Of a stretch of 64,000 bases of DNA, positions 39,630 through 53,897 are shown piece by piece. The notes under the pieces are model-generated. The model saw only the letters and a list, made by a program, of their open reading frames with translations, was not told where the DNA came from and searched no databases. The stretch is from the human T2T-CHM13v2.0 reference genome, Homo sapiens. Each line of letters opens with the position of its first letter. The first letter of the stretch is position 1. A program made the position numbers and the translations under genes. The stretch lies in NCBI RefSeq assembly GCF_009914755.1, contig NC_060927.1; one strand, written 5' to 3'.

Positions 39630-39830
39630 TTACTAATATTGATTGAGTGCTCTGTATGTGCCAGACTCTGTACTAAAAGTTCGGCACATGTTATTGCATT
39701 TATTACTCACACCCAGTAGGCTAATATTATAGGGTAAAGAAACAGCCTTAACAAGGTTAAATGACTGGAACAAAGGTTGCAGAACCAAAAGCATGGGAGT
39801 GGCAATTCAGATCCTCTTAACTGCTGTTCT
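39630..39830 (-). mobile_element. MIR SINE
   Basis: ctaatatttgattgagtgctctgtatgtgccagactctgtactaa...aaagaaacagc...ggttaaatgact. Confidence 0.7.
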
Positions 39831-41354
39831 TTATTCTGTAGTCTGTAGTAGGGCACCTCCCCAGTAACAGCCAGGTTCTATATCTATGAATATATTCATA
39901 ATGATAGAGCGCTGTCGAGATGCCCAGAAGCCACAGTATCTACATTAATATGGACACACCTCAAAGAAACAGTGGGTGGTGAAAGTTGCATTCATTGGCC
40001 CCGGGGGCCCAAGTTATATAGGTCAGTTGAGTCCATCTTAAGGTTAGATCCTTCACAAGAAAGCATGATAGAGGCAATTCACCACAGACTGTCTCTTCAA
40101 CGTGGTTACTGGGGAAGCCTGAAAACAAGTGGGATTTTCAGTCTGGGATGACCTAAGCATCATGGGCTTTGGAAAAGACTTGAGTGGCTCTGCAAATGCT
40201 CTGTGTTCTCTTTCAGGACAATGCACTTTAACATTTTTAGGTAAGCATGGTATAGTTTGTCTTTTGAGAGAGTGAATGTGGATAATGCTAGATCTGAGCA
40301 GAAGAGAAATAAGATAGCATTGTGTAAAGGAAATGAACCTTGACCACCAAGGAATGAGCAAAGCAAAATCTCCTCTTTTGTGAATGGAGGCAATTGGAAT
40401 TAGGTCTGTAATTATTTGCAGCAGCAATGTCCCAGGATCCTATACGTGGCAAGGGACTGGATATAAGAGAGGACAGCTGGCAATCAGTGCTGTGTGTCTT
40501 TTAAGAGTTTCAAATATGACTCCTGTTTTCTAGCAAAGTTTGTTCAAGAACCTAGTTTGAATTACATGAAAACACTGGCAGTCAAAAAACATGAGAGTAT
40601 TCCAACAGCTTCATGACTGGAGATCCTGTTTCTACCCTTGCCTCACATAATAGCTACATTGGCCTTAATAAAATGTTAATCAGAATATGACATTTATTGT
40701 GTCAGCATCCTCCAAATGGCTTCCCATCTCACTCTTACTAGAAGCCCAAGACCTTACAGTGTCCTACCAAGCTCTTTATGATCTGGCCCCTGTTATCTCT
40801 CTGACCTCATCCTTGGCCTCCTTTGTTGAATAAATCAATAAATGAATGAGTAAATGATTCTTGAGCGAGACAGGGAATATCCAGGGTGCTCAATAGTGTT
40901 TGTTGAATAAATGCACAAGGAGAGGATTTACCGTTTTAATGAAGATACTTTGGAAAAATTCACGTTAGGAAAAAGAGGGACAGAAACAAATTAGAGAATG
41001 TGAATAACGGTAGTATATCGGAACTTCTGGATGCTGACCTAGATTTTTTATCATTTATATATGTATTTATTTCATAAGTATTTATTGAGCATCTACCAGT
41101 CTAAAGGTTGGATGTCCATCAATAAACAGGAAGGCAAATTCACCAGCCCCTTGGGGCTGACGTTCTGTTGGGAGACATATATCACAATAAATTAGACAAA
41201 TAATATGATAATTTCAGATAGCAATATGTCCTATGAAGAAAACCTTATCATATAGTTTACCTCTTTGACCTTATCCATTGGCCTCCTTTGTTGAATGGAT
41301 GAATGACTTGAGTTAGCCAAGTAATATCCAAGGTGGAGAATACTTTACTTGCAG

Positions 41355-41421
41355 ATCCCACATCTTCCTGGTATTAAACCATGAATAATGTGGTCATCTG
41401 CAACTGGTAGAGATCACAGAG
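41355..41421 (+). other. candidate 67-nt cassette (5'UTR-like) exon
   Basis: tactttacttgcag acceptor; consensus donor GAG|GTGAGT at 41421/41422. Confidence 0.35.
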
Positions 41422-42015
41422 GTGAGTAAAGTTTAAACAGTCTTGTGTTGAATGAATATATAGTCTTGTCTTCTTTAAGATTTTTCCACTAGTGAAATAA
41501 GGCTTAGTACTAAAATATTGTTTGAAAAACAGAGTTTGACAAAGAAGATCCCAAATTGATGGCTTCTGTAAATGTGTTCTGCGTTTAATTTGAGAACTGT
41601 ATTAAATGTTTCACTGTTACAATGACAATTGTGGTTTTCTTTTGATAATTTAATAAAGAAGTAAAACTTAGAGTAGATAGCTTTTTGCTTGCTTCACATA
41701 TGAATATATTCAATGTTACAGTTAAAAGAGATAGTGCTGAAACATTTAAATTGAAGAGGTTCAGATTCTATGTGATTTTCACAGTACTCAGTTTATTTTC
41801 TCAGTACTGATTTTGGCCCTTTTATTTTCTCTTTGTGTTAATTTTGTTATGGCACAGATCGAAAACTAGTACAGGCTCTAAATCACCAGAATTGGCTTGG
41901 AAACATAAATGATTAATGACAAAGTCACACCAAAAAGGAAACAGTGATTGCTGTGAATGAAGCATTCTGAGGTTTTCTGATATTACTCATTAGGGTCACC
42001 AGTGGCCATGAAGCC

Positions 42016-42588
42016 TGTATTAGTTTTCTATCACTGCCTTAACACATTAACACAAAATTCGTGGCTGAAAACATCACACATTCACTATATCACCATTTCC
42101 GTAAGTCAGAAGTCCAGACAGGCTTACCAGGCCAAAAATCAAGGCATCAGCTACCCTGAACTTTTATGCAGAGGTTTAAGAGAAGATTTTGCCTTCAGAT
42201 TTGTTCAAGTTGTTGGCAGAATTCAGTTCCATGTGGTTCTAAGACTAAAGTCCCTATTTCCTTGCTGGCTGTCCGCTGGGGATCATTCTCAACTTTTAGA
42301 GCCATTCTTTGGCTCTATCTTTCTTCAAAGTCAGCAACAGTGAGTCCTTGTACTTCCAATTTCTCTGACTTCCACTTTTCCTACATCTCTTCTACTTGCA
42401 GCCAGAGAAATTTCTCAGCTTTTTGAAGGCTTGTGTGATTAGATAATCCAGGATAATATCTCCTTTTTTAAGGTCAATTGATGAGTAACTTTAATTACAT
42501 CTGCAAAATTTCTTTTGCCATGAAAGGTAACTTATTCACAGGAGCAATAGCAGAGTGACAGATAGCATGGCCAGAATTTTGCTTACCA
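42016..42588 (-). mobile_element. MLT1E/D-like MaLR LTR
   Basis: tgtattagttttctatcactgcc...gttgttggcagaattcagttcc...ttaattacatctgcaaaat...ttttgccatg. Confidence 0.85.
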
Positions 42589-43581
42589 GGGCCCATGAAG
42601 TCTACCTCTGATGATATGGTTGTCAACTGAGACAGACCAGAAAACCTAAAAACTATCAGACACTATAGCTTGACAAGTATATTGGAAAGCTATAAGCTTT
42701 TGGCAAAGGACAAAGCAATGATGTTCTAGTACATCCTGTAATAAAGCCACTGCAGAGTAAAGATAGCCATGGTATTAAACAAAACAGAAATAGTTTATTT
42801 AATTTTATGAGATGTGGCCTCCAAAAAGTAAGCTTAAATAAACAAAGAATACTTCATGTACTGGGATGGAACATTCAAATGCCTTCAGGAGTCAGGAGTC
42901 AAGAAGGGAGGTAGCAATAATATACGGCAATAGCAGTATGGATTAAGAACATGAAAGAGGGCAGCCCTAACTTAGCTCCAGGCACTTGTTTACTTTGGAG
43001 CAATTTCAGCCTAGTAATGACAAATTATATGAGGGTTTAGAAATCTGAATTTTTATGTGACTCTGGAAATCTGTGTAAAATCTCCAGGTTTTTTTTTTTT
43101 TTAATGTCAACTAAATCAAAATTAAAAACAAAAGAAGCACCAAAACCTAATATATTATGGGATGAAATTTGGCTTGTGGGCTGCCGGTTAGCAATTTATG
43201 GTTTTAGTCATACGGACTAAAGTACATATTTGAGTAAAAAAGTATTTAATATGATAGAAAATACTCAATTTAGGAACTGGCATTGACAAAGATACTAATT
43301 TACTCCAATATAGTAAGACTAGGAAGTTCGTGGCTTCAGCTTTCAGAAGTAAAAGTGCATGCAACTTTAGTGGTCTACTTTTGTTAATCCATAGTAAAAA
43401 ATATAAACAAAAAATAAGGAAGATACTGCTGCAGTGCTGTTCTTGAGTGTTTAACCTTATTTGAGTGCCTAGAATACCACTTTTTCTTGATTTATACTTT
43501 TTAGGTTTGGGTTTCCACAAGTAAAAGGGATAAGGATAAATTGTGATGAATTATCCACTGAATTTGAAAAAAATGGGAAGG

Positions 43582-43880
43582 AAGCCAGGCATGGTGGCTC
43601 ATGCCTATGATCCCGACACTTTGGGCTGAGGTGAGAGGACTGCTTGAACCCAGGAGTTCGAGACCAGCCTGGGCAACACAGAGAAACCCTGTCTCTGAAA
43701 AAAAAAAAAAATACAGAAGTTAGCTGGGTATGGCGGTGCACATCTGTGGTCCCAGCTACTTGGGAGGCTGAGGTGGGGGGATCTCTTGACCTCAGGGGCA
43801 GAGGTTGCAGTGAGCCGAGATGCCACTGCACTCCAGCCTAGGCTACGGACCAAGACGCTGTCTCAAAAAAAAAAAAAAAA
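43582..43880 (+). mobile_element. AluJ
   Basis: gccaggcatggtggctcatgcc...ggactgcttgaacccaggagttcgag...A16 tail followed by G run. Confidence 0.93.
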
Positions 43881-44129
43881 GGGGGGGGGGGTGGGGGAAG
43901 AAACAGTTTGGGTAATTGAAGCACAAATCCAGATTGTCACAAAATTATACTCGTGTTTAGAACTAGGGAGAGAATATCCTTTTAAAATGCATACTAATTT
44001 AAAAATAATTTTAAAAGAATGAATCGAAGTGCATGAAGAGGCTCGAAAAATGTATCCTACAAATCGAGTTTAAGGTTCATAAGGTTTTAGAAAATGTCTC
44101 CAACTGAGTGGGAGCAGGGGATTGGATGG

Positions 44130-44335
44130 TATCATAGCTGAGAGCACAGCTCTATGACTCAAACTAATGAGACTTTGAGTTAGGGCTCTACCACTCACCA
44201 GATAAATGACCTCCAGCAAGATTATTTCACTTTTCTGAGTGTAGGTTTTCTCACCTGCAGAATGATATAATTAGCACCTAATTCAGAGGTTGTTGTGAAG
44301 ATTAAATGGATGATACTTTTAAAGCACTTAAGTAT
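44130..44335 (+). mobile_element. MIR SINE
   Basis: gagagcacagctct...ggctctaccactcacc...ttttctcacctgcagaatg...ggttgttgtgaagattaaatg. Confidence 0.8.
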
Positions 44336-47300
44336 TACTGCTATGGTTCTTGTAACAAGATTCTAGATCTGGACACCTGGCATCTTATCAACCACCATCA
44401 ATTCTTATGCTGTGGATTTAAAAATAACAGACTTGTAACTGCCTAGATGGGATCAATATTTATCTGTCACTTATTAAATGGAGCTGTGAAGGTATAAAGG
44501 CACAGAATAGTTAGAATTTGAATCAGTTGATCCTCCATTGCTTCTCTGTCTATTGCCCCCTTAGCTGAGGTGGATGGAGGGTTTTCCCCAGAAATGCCCA
44601 GCAAGGAATGATGGTTGCTGTGGGTTCGTAGTGACAGTTTTGGACTTGATGCCTAAGGACCTGATGCAAGTATTGCTTTCACAACATTCCAGCTAAACCA
44701 TGTATATGGAAAAGATACATAAGTTCTCTGAGCTTTAGATTTCTTTTGTATGACATATAAAACCAAGTTTCCTAACTCATGGGCTTGAAAGGGTTGCCTG
44801 AAACAATGTATGTAAATGTCTTTTATAGCATTGGAATGTAAATGGTTAGTATTTGCTGTTGCCCCTACAGAACCATTTTCTTTAGTTAGGCATGAGTAAG
44901 AGTAAAAAAAAAAAAAAAAAAAAAAAAATGCAAAGATGACTTGGAGCACAAATGTAAAGATAACATTGAGCACAACCACTTCCAAATCACTTAATAAAAG
45001 TTTACTGGACATCTATCCTTTTCCAGATATACTAGATGTAGGGGCTAAAAACAAAAGAAACACACACACATAGCACCTAGCTTCTTGAAAGTTATGTTCT
45101 AGCTAGGAAGACAAATGCCACAATGCACTGTGATTCACATGCAATGAGGGGTTTTGCACAGTATTTTGGAGATCAATGGGGCAGTTGTGTGGAGAGAGAG
45201 TACAGAAAGACATCCTAATTGAAATATCATTAAAATATTTTTTGGCTGTAGATAAGTGTCCAGGAGATGCTGTAAAACACAAAAACCATCAATCAAAACC
45301 AAATGTTTCCCCATTTTCTTTCTTGAACTTTATTGTATACTCAATTCAACAATTCCATGGACGTTTTCCCATTTTTCCCACCTAAGGTGTTATCTCTAAA
45401 AATATTACATAAGATTTCAAAACCTAACTAGGAGAAAGGAGTTTACCTGCTATAGCTCCAGAAATAGTGTCAACATAGATCATACATACACAAACCCTGC
45501 TCTTCAGTCACAGCCCATGACCATGTGCTTGTAATTGGTCAGAATTGCTGCTTAGATGTAACCATTACTCAAACTGCTGCAGTGGATCAAGAAGTCCTTG
45601 TTCAATTTAGGATATTACAGACAGTGTGTTGCAGTTTTGAAATCCCATATATAGAAAAGTCATGTTGAGAATTCTGTTTCAACGGGGAAAAATGAAACCA
45701 AATTTATAGTAACTCCTGTATCAAAATTGAACACTATTCTGTCCATTTGATATTTTAGATTAGTAAAAAACAAGTAGACCAACAGAAGGCAAATTCATTA
45801 CATAATTCTAATCCTAATAGTCTTTTAAAAATGTCTCTAATGTAATAACAAATAACAACTAATAAAACTGGTTTACTACTAATGAAATAATTAGCAAACA
45901 TATTTCATAATTATAAGCAGCAGTTGTATATCTATGAAGAATAATAGATGTGCAAGGTTTAAAAATAGCATATACACACTGCACACATTTTAGAAATTAT
46001 TATTTTACATTTATTAATGCTATTTAGTGAACTTTATATCCTTCATCTTAAATATAATTACATAGAACTAATAAAATTAAATATGAAAGAACCTATTGAG
46101 AAATGCTCTCTTTTTAGTTTTAATAATTAGAAGACAGAAAATATATTCCTGGACCCCTTTAATTGATGCAGTCTATTTACATGCTCCAAAGATCTAATGA
46201 TGCATTAAGAATTCTCCATTTTTGTTGGTTCGATTTTCTATTGAGCAACATTCCTGAGAGTAATAGAATGAAGTAGGGAGGGAAAAGACTGAGAACTGCC
46301 CAAGACAGGCTACAGTTATGGAAATAAGCAAGTGACAGAAAATAATTCAGATTATTTTCATTTTTTGGGTTTTATCAGAGATTCATTGTCTTTAGATATA
46401 AAACATATAAACTATTCCATTATAAATTCAAAGCTATAGTTAGGTCAGCACATTAAAAACTACTTCAAAATGGAATTATTTTATCGTTTTGATTTCTTTA
46501 TTTCCTTTATAGAAAAATAAATGCCAATTGGGCTGAAAATTATAGAGGATTATCTTCTCTCCTCATAAAGGTTAGTAATATGAATATGATTTTGTGAGGA
46601 ATTTGATTTGAGGGTTGAGGGAGTGATCTTATTAGCACAAGACTCCCTTGGCCAATAATCTCATAACTATGGGATATATATTAAATCCTTTTCTATTTAT
46701 ATTCTTTGGCAGGCCGTTATTCATTTGTTATTGTGGAGATTTTGTTAAGTAATAGTCCTCTTGAGAAATCCTGGGTACTTTTTCGAGGTCACAATTTCCT
46801 ATGAGCTTAAAGAGTGGGCCATATATCCTCTCTTCAGTTCAGAGCCCACTCTATACCCATTTTCTTTAACACATACTTTATTTGTAAGGTTTCTGACACT
46901 CCTTTCTTCCAAGAACTTAAGAGTGATATATCACTCTTTATTTTGTGAAGTCAAATTGATTAGAGGAAACAATAAACATAATTCTTTAACCATGAAACCC
47001 AATATATTTTGAATACTTGTCTGGGCCACATAACGATAGTCACATGTTCGTTCTCTGGAGACTGCCGGGCTGAGCCCATGGCTCCTGGTAAACAGTCCTC
47101 ACAGTATTTCTTCTCAGACTGGAAGAGATCTCACCTTTGGCCTTTATTATCATTATTATTTCCTTTGCTCTGACATGACAGAAATCCATCACCTTCTTGA
47201 TACTGATACCTGTTCACTGCTGTCAGATCATTACCACGAAGGGAAAACCAGTGAATACAGTATTTTTTTTAACATTCACCTAGAGGTTTTAATGATAACC

Positions 47301-47489
47301 ATGCTTTAAAAATTGGATTAATTGGGCAATGCTGCTGAGCAGAGAATTCCATATTAGGTTTCACTGACTGTCAAGGGGCTATGTGACGGCAGCTCCCAAT
47401 TCAAAATCTGGTGCTTCAAACCATCTCTTCCAGACAGGAACCAACTTAAATGGATGAAGAGACCCCTTAGGGAAGTAGATAAAACATTA

Positions 47490-47670
47490 ATTTTAAAAGA
47501 CAGGGAGACTTAATTTCAGATCTTATCTTTAATACTTACTAGCTGTGGGACCTCAGAAAAGGTACTTCATTGCCCTGAATTTACATTTTCTCACCTGTAA
47601 AAGAGATGTAACATCACCGACCTGTGAGAATTAGTTGAATTTACATAGACAAAGTACCTGGCACATTCTG
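47490..47670 (+). mobile_element. MIR SINE
   Basis: cacttactagctgtgggacctc...ttttctcacctgtaaaa...aaagtacctggcaca. Confidence 0.75.
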
Positions 47671-47794
47671 GGTCCATTTTAAAGTGAGTTCCACACACTC
47701 ATTTCCCTCATATAGATTTGAATCCAATATATATCTCCTGCCAGCCCACACACCATCAAACTAATATATCAGATCAGCAAGAAAATTAGACGAG

Positions 47795-47960
47795 CCTTTT
47801 ACTACTCTAACTATGGTCCCCGATGAGCAGCATCAGCATCATTTGGGAGCCCATCAGGAATGCAGAACTAGGGCTCAACCCCAGACCTGCTGCACTGAAA
47901 TCTGCAATTTAACAAGATACCCAGGTAATTCGTGTGCACAGCCAAGTTTGAGAAGCACTG
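47795..47960 (+). mobile_element. MER5A
   Basis: gcagcatcagcatcatttgggagc...aatgcagaa...cccagacctgc...aagtttgagaagcactg. Confidence 0.85.
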
Positions 47961-48059
47961 AGATAGACCATGACATTTCTCCTATGACAAAGTCGATCAG
48001 CTGTGGTCTTGGTTGTCCATTCCTTTTCACCATTCTTTTGTTGTTTTGGTGATTTGAGG

Positions 48060-48061
<2 letters not shown>

Positions 48062-48100
<39 letters not shown>
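48062..48100. repeat. (AC)19 microsatellite
   Basis: Direct reading. Confidence 0.98.
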
Positions 48101-48101
<1 letters not shown>

Positions 48102-49399
48102 TCTCTCGGCACTTGTACCTTGGTCAATGCATGCTCACTTGCACATACATCAATAGAACATCCCTCAGCCTAGGGCTTGGCACAAGTAGATCCTCAATAA
48201 ATGTTTATTGAGTGAAATAAAACAGCCAACAGTCAGACAAGCAGACTCTCCCATCTGTTCTGCAGATGCACGGCAGCCCTAGAAGGGCCTGGAGGGAGAT
48301 GGATGTGCTTGAGGTCTTTGCCAGGAGGCATTACCCTTGCCCAATGGGGAGGAGGGGTTTGCTCTCTGCCATTCTTGCCAGGAGATCTGCTGAGGTTCTG
48401 AAAGCTGTCACATGCGTGCAGCCAGAACAAAGGCCTGGGAGCACTTTTTTTTCTTTCTTTTCCCTGCCTGGCAAGGCTGGTGCCACAGTGCTTTGGGAAC
48501 AGTTTTCTCTTGGTGATAGTCTTTCTTGCTCATAAAAGACAAAGAGTAGGTACAATGGCACTGCACCAGGATTATAATTTTCCCACGTCTGCAACTAACC
48601 TGTTAATGTCTCAAAATCTCTATCGGTTTCAAATTTCCAAGTTGTTGGTTCCCAGGCTGGCATACGATGTGACTGCAGTGGGAAAAAACTGGGGAGCAGA
48701 TATTACCCAGAGAAAGATGAAATTGCTGGAGAGAACTTGCTGCCTTGAGGACTGTGAGAAACAAAACTGCAGGCCCTTGATGATTTGGGAAATGAATTGT
48801 ACTGCATGACCTTGGGCAAATCAAATATGGCACTTCTTCAATCTATAAGATTGTGATAAATATATCTAAATGGAATTTTATCAACTTATACACAGAGTAT
48901 ATTTCAGTGAAGTTCATACCATTATTCTCTGGACCCCTGCGATCTGGAACCTGCTTCCCCAGGGAGTTAGCACTCTCACCCTCCTCTTTCTCCCTGCTCC
49001 CCAGGTCTGTCTTGGCAAAATTGTCAAGTCAGGTGACTTACTTTTGGAGCCATCCCACCTCACTTTCCAAGTCTGCTTTGGTCTTGGAAATATGGTGAAA
49101 TCACAATGACCAACGTCTTCCTCTTCAGCAAACTCCTCTGTCCTTGCTGCAAAACATTTCTTCTTATTCTATTCAACAATCAAAGCTGTCATTTACCCAT
49201 GATGGCCAATCCCACACAGGAGTTAGGAAAACAATCAGATTAATATCCATATAAGAATAAAATCTCCCCTAATCTATTAAGGATATTTTCCTCTTCTAAC
49301 CTAGGTGGAATCATTATTCATGGGAATTTGCATTAGGAGTGACATATTTAAAATGGCATAAAGCAGATTTGTAGATAAAGGGGACATTGATCAATGGTT

Positions 49400-49790
49400 T
49401 GGCTAATACTAGCTATGGTATCAGATAAATACCCAATTTCAGTGGCTTAATAAAATTAAATGTGACGTGATATGTAGAAAGCAGTGCAATAATGGTATAC
49501 CTCGACTAGGAAGGAGCAGTAGGTAAGAAGGATTATTCCACACAGTCATTCAGGGACCCAGGATAACAAAGGCTCAGCTGTCTTCCATGTGTGGTTTCCT
49601 AGGTTGCTCTGGGTATTGACATTCAGTTGGCAGATGGGGCAAGAGAGAGAGAGAATCATGCATGGGAGATTTTGATGGGGCATGTTTTCTCACATCCCAT
49701 TGTCTAAATCTGAATCCTATGGCCATGTTTAACTGTAAAGGAGGCTGAGAAATGTAACCTATCCATGTGCCAGATTTGGCAATCATCTAT
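49400..49790 (-). mobile_element. MLT1J-like MaLR LTR
   Basis: atttcagtggcttaa...cagtcattcagggacccagg...cacatcccattg...aactgtaaaggaggctgagaaatgta. Confidence 0.7.
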
Positions 49791-50324
49791 CAGTCATTGC
49801 TACACTCATGTACAGGTGGGAACAGCCCTGTTTCTTTTTTCTGTTTCTCCTGCAGCTCCTTGGAAAGGTTTGACATTCCCTCCCCCACTTGAGAGTCAGT
49901 TCTCTGCAGCAGATAGCCCCCCTCCACCCACCTGAAGAACAAGAATAGAATCTTGGCATGCCACATTTTAACAGTTGCCAGCAATTAATCCAGAGTCGAT
50001 TTCCTGTGTCTCACAAGGTTGTTGTGAGAATTAATGAATTATTTGGGGTGATTACCATCCCTTTGATCACTGTCTTTGTCCTGTGCTTTTACGGTTTACA
50101 CTATGCAGGCACAGACTTACACAATACCTCTGCGAGAGGCAGAGTGCTTATTATTATTCCACTTACCACAGGAGGAGCTGAGATGCATGCAGGTTAAAAG
50201 ACATTCTCCAGTGCAACAGGGTTACTCCTGTATGCAACACTCTGTTATTACATTATTTTTTAAGGTAGAGCTTTCTAGAAAGAAAAGGTAAGACAAAATT
50301 GGTGGTTTAACATCTTTTTCATTA

Positions 50325-50530
50325 ATGTGCTGGCTCTGCAATCTGCCTGCTGGGTGATCTTAGGCAAGTTAATTAGCTACTCTGTGTCTCAAATTCCCTA
50401 ATGTGTAAAATGGGACTAATCATAGTAGCTACCTCCTGGATTATTGTGTGGATTAAATAAGATAAGGAATGTTAAGTATTTAAGACAATATCTGGCACTT
50501 AACATGTGCTTCATAAATATTAGTTATTAC
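50325..50530 (+). mobile_element. MIR SINE
   Basis: gctgggtgatcttaggcaagtt...tctgtgtctc...gtaaaatggg...attattgtgtggattaaataagataa. Confidence 0.85.
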
Positions 50531-51159
50531 CATTCTTTAAAAAAATTCCAGGAGAACTGGTATCCAGTTCAAGGACTTCAAAGAAGAAAATATCAGGATA
50601 TGTGGCCTTATGTTATTGGCAACAGTGAAGTAGAGGTAGAAAATGTGACATCAGCATTATCTATTTGCATAAGGGAATATGCTCTTCCTTAGTAAGCTAA
50701 TCTGGCAGGAATCAAACTTTCCTATGAGGTATGGCCAACAAATTGCAGGAACTGTTGTGGAGGGCAGGGATTCCGAAGTATGTCTGCCTAGTACACAGGC
50801 TGCTGGCACTGGCTGTGTCCAGATGTCCCTAGTCTGAGAGTGGCGGCTTCCCCTGAGTGGCTGCTTCCCTGGAGAGAACAGAAGACCTTATGTTCCTTGA
50901 GCCAGGGCAAATGCTCCTTCACTGTCAGTGAGAGCACTTTCTAATCTTGGTGTTGAAAGTAACTTGCTTATTAACAATTAATCTGTGTACCTGTGTGGCA
51001 ATGAACTTCCACCTATTCTATGGCCAAAATTGGAAAAAAAAAAAAAAGGAAGAGAAGAGCATGAAATTCAGATTTGCTCAATGAGAAGATTAAGCAGTTG
51101 TATTGATACACAGGATGCAGATTCAGCAAATTCGTAAGAGTGTCTTCTATATGAATACT

Positions 51160-51393
51160 TCTGAAAGGTTACTGTGCAAGCAAATCACCAGGAGATCTTG
51201 GTAAAATAGAGATCCTGACTCAACAGGTCTGGGATGGTGCCTGAGCTTCTGCTTCTACACTCACTTCCCTGTGTTTTGGATGCTGCTAATCTGGGACCAC
51301 ACCGAATCAGGTAGTCTGAGGGTGGGAACCAGCCGTCTGTGCTTTATAAGCCCTGCAAGTGTCTTTTGACATAGCTAAAGTCTGAGAACCATT
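51160..51393. mobile_element. two opposed MER5A fragments
   Basis: aatcaccaggagatcttggtaaaatagagatcctga...caggtctggg (one orientation) then gaatcag...tctgtgctttataagccc...aaagtctgagaaccattg (other orientation). Confidence 0.7.
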
Positions 51394-51884
51394 GTTCAAG
51401 AGCAGCTGTCCCTGGCTTTGAAAGGTGTGATAATGTAACCAATCACACAGAATGACTCTAGGCCCCTGAAGAATGTCTCCTGGTCTTGTTTCCGCTCAGT
51501 TTCAAAATGCACTCCTTGGACTGGTATATTCTGGAGTGGAAGATTGGGTGTGGAGGAAGATTGTTCTTCAAAGTCTTAGTTTTCCATATGAATTCTTCCA
51601 CCCTTGTTCTACTTTCCTTATGTGAAGACCACATAAAACCAGATGTGACTCCAAAGTAAACCGTAAACAGTGGGAAATTGTTTCAGGGCACAATAATCCC
51701 TAAGTGGCTCTTGAGTCTCAGTCTTCCATTTGAGAACTTCCTTTGGTTGTGGAATTGGGATAAAATAGGGTGACCAGCTGTCTGGATGTGTCTGAGATGA
51801 AGAGGTTTCTCACACTGCATGGGACTTGTGGTGCTCACACCAGGCCCTAGGTAGTTGGCCACCATAATTGTAGGCCATTGCTGC

Positions 51885-52035
51885 TCCAGCTTTAAAATGT
51901 GAATCACTTGGAAATCTTGTTAAAATACAAGCTAATTCAGTACTTCTAGGTTGGAGCTGCAGAGTCTGCATTTTCAACAAATACCCAAGTGATATTGCAT
52001 TTCTTGGCTGTGGACCATACTTTGAGTAGCAAGGC
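51885..52035 (-). mobile_element. MER5A/B
   Basis: gaatcacttggaaatcttgttaaaatac...agtctgcattttcaacaaatacccaagtgat...ggaccatactttgagtagcaagg. Confidence 0.8.
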
Positions 52036-52221
52036 AGTAGAGCTGGCCTATATGTGGAAAGACCAGGGGTGCCCCATAGCCACTTCAACTGTAAGTGGAC
52101 TACTCATCCCTGACAAACTTAGAGAGCATTTTAGGGGCACACTCAATGCTTCAGGATTATGGGTTTTGCCTTCAAATATAAAGTATCAATACATCTCCAC
52201 TCCTCTGTGCTGTAAGGCTTT

Positions 52222-52523
<302 letters not shown>

Positions 52524-53182
52524 CTGTAAGGTTTTAAACACATCAAATCCAAATACTGTCTCTCTTTCTTTTTAACTGTTTTTTTAAATACAAAGATAGG
52601 TGACTGCTGTTGAGTCATGACTAGAGCATTCTTAAGCCTATTGACTTCTCAGTTCCTGCCTAAGTACTACTTAATGCTTTTCCTTGTTTGGGATGAGCAT
52701 CTGCGAACAACCTGGGAAGTATTTATCATTTTTGGCCTTTTCTCTGCCTCACGAAGGGTACCTCTGTCCTTCAGTTTACAGCTGTGGCTGACCACAAGGT
52801 CTTTTGCTGTTTGCAATGCTTCTGCTTTTCAGCATAATGAGTTTTGCTTTATCCATAGCCCCTTTTACTAATTGCAACGTAGCAGCATATTCTATATCCC
52901 ATCTGTTTCCATGATTGATTGTTTTTTACTTCACGATGTCCTAGAGAGTTACTTAAAGGAAAATTCAGGCCTTAGTGTGACCTTTCAGGCTGCTGTCATA
53001 AACTGTGTTTATATCTGGGTATGACTGTCTATGCCTTATGGCCACCCAAAGAAGAAATAATTTATTTGATGTTGATTATGGATTCCTCCTTACTACTCAC
53101 TTTGGACAGCCTTGCACTAAATTTCATTGTCTTGCAACATCTACCTGTCTGCTTACACTTCCTTAACCAGCTGTTCTGGCTA

Positions 53183-53491
53183 TAGTAGTCCACTGTTATC
53201 TGCAGGGGATACTTTCCAAGGCCCCCAGTGGATGCCTGAAATGGAGAATAGTCCCAAACTCTATATATATTATGTTTTTTCCTATACATACATGATAAAG
53301 TTTATGACGTTTAATTTATAAATTAAACACAGTAAGAGATTAATAAAAATAAGCAATTATAACAATATACTGTAAAAAAAAGTAAAGTAAATGTAGTCTC
53401 TCTCAAAATATGGCATTGTACTATAATTACCTGTTTTCAGACCATTGTTGCCCCTCAGTGAGGGAAACTGCAGATAAGGGGGGAGCTACTG
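53183..53491 (-). mobile_element. MER44A-like (Tigger7) MITE
   Basis: TA|tagtagtccactgttatctgcagggg ... ctgcagataaggggggagctactg|TA TIRs and TA target site. Confidence 0.85.
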
Positions 53492-53577
53492 TATATGCCG
53501 CGTGTGTTCATGGACAAAGTGAGAATGGCTGTGCCTGTGGCAGAGCTTAGTAATGGCTCTCAAGAAGCTGCTGGTTC

Positions 53578-53897
53578 CAGTTATTCTCGCTACTTATGTT
53601 CTATAAAGTCACCAAGATTGCTGCCTTAGCAAATATAGGGTTAGGTTCCTGTGAGCCTCTGGTTACAACATTTCCATCAATTAAGCGATATGTAACCTTG
53701 TTTTATGTGTGTTTCTGTTTAAAGACACCTTATTTAGTATACATTGATTAACATTGAGCTCACAGCCAATAGGACTGTAACTCACACCTGAGAGAAGCTT
53801 CTCAAATACAGGTATTTTCTCCATAAAGCACATCGCAGCATTCTTGAGCTTAGAAACACTAAACAACACTTCAGCATATGCTTGCAGGCCATTTTGA
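53578..53897 (+). mobile_element. MER82-like Tigger fragment
   Basis: tatgttctataaagtc...agggttaggttcctgtgagcctctgg...ttttatgtgtgtttctgtttaaagacacctta. Confidence 0.75.
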
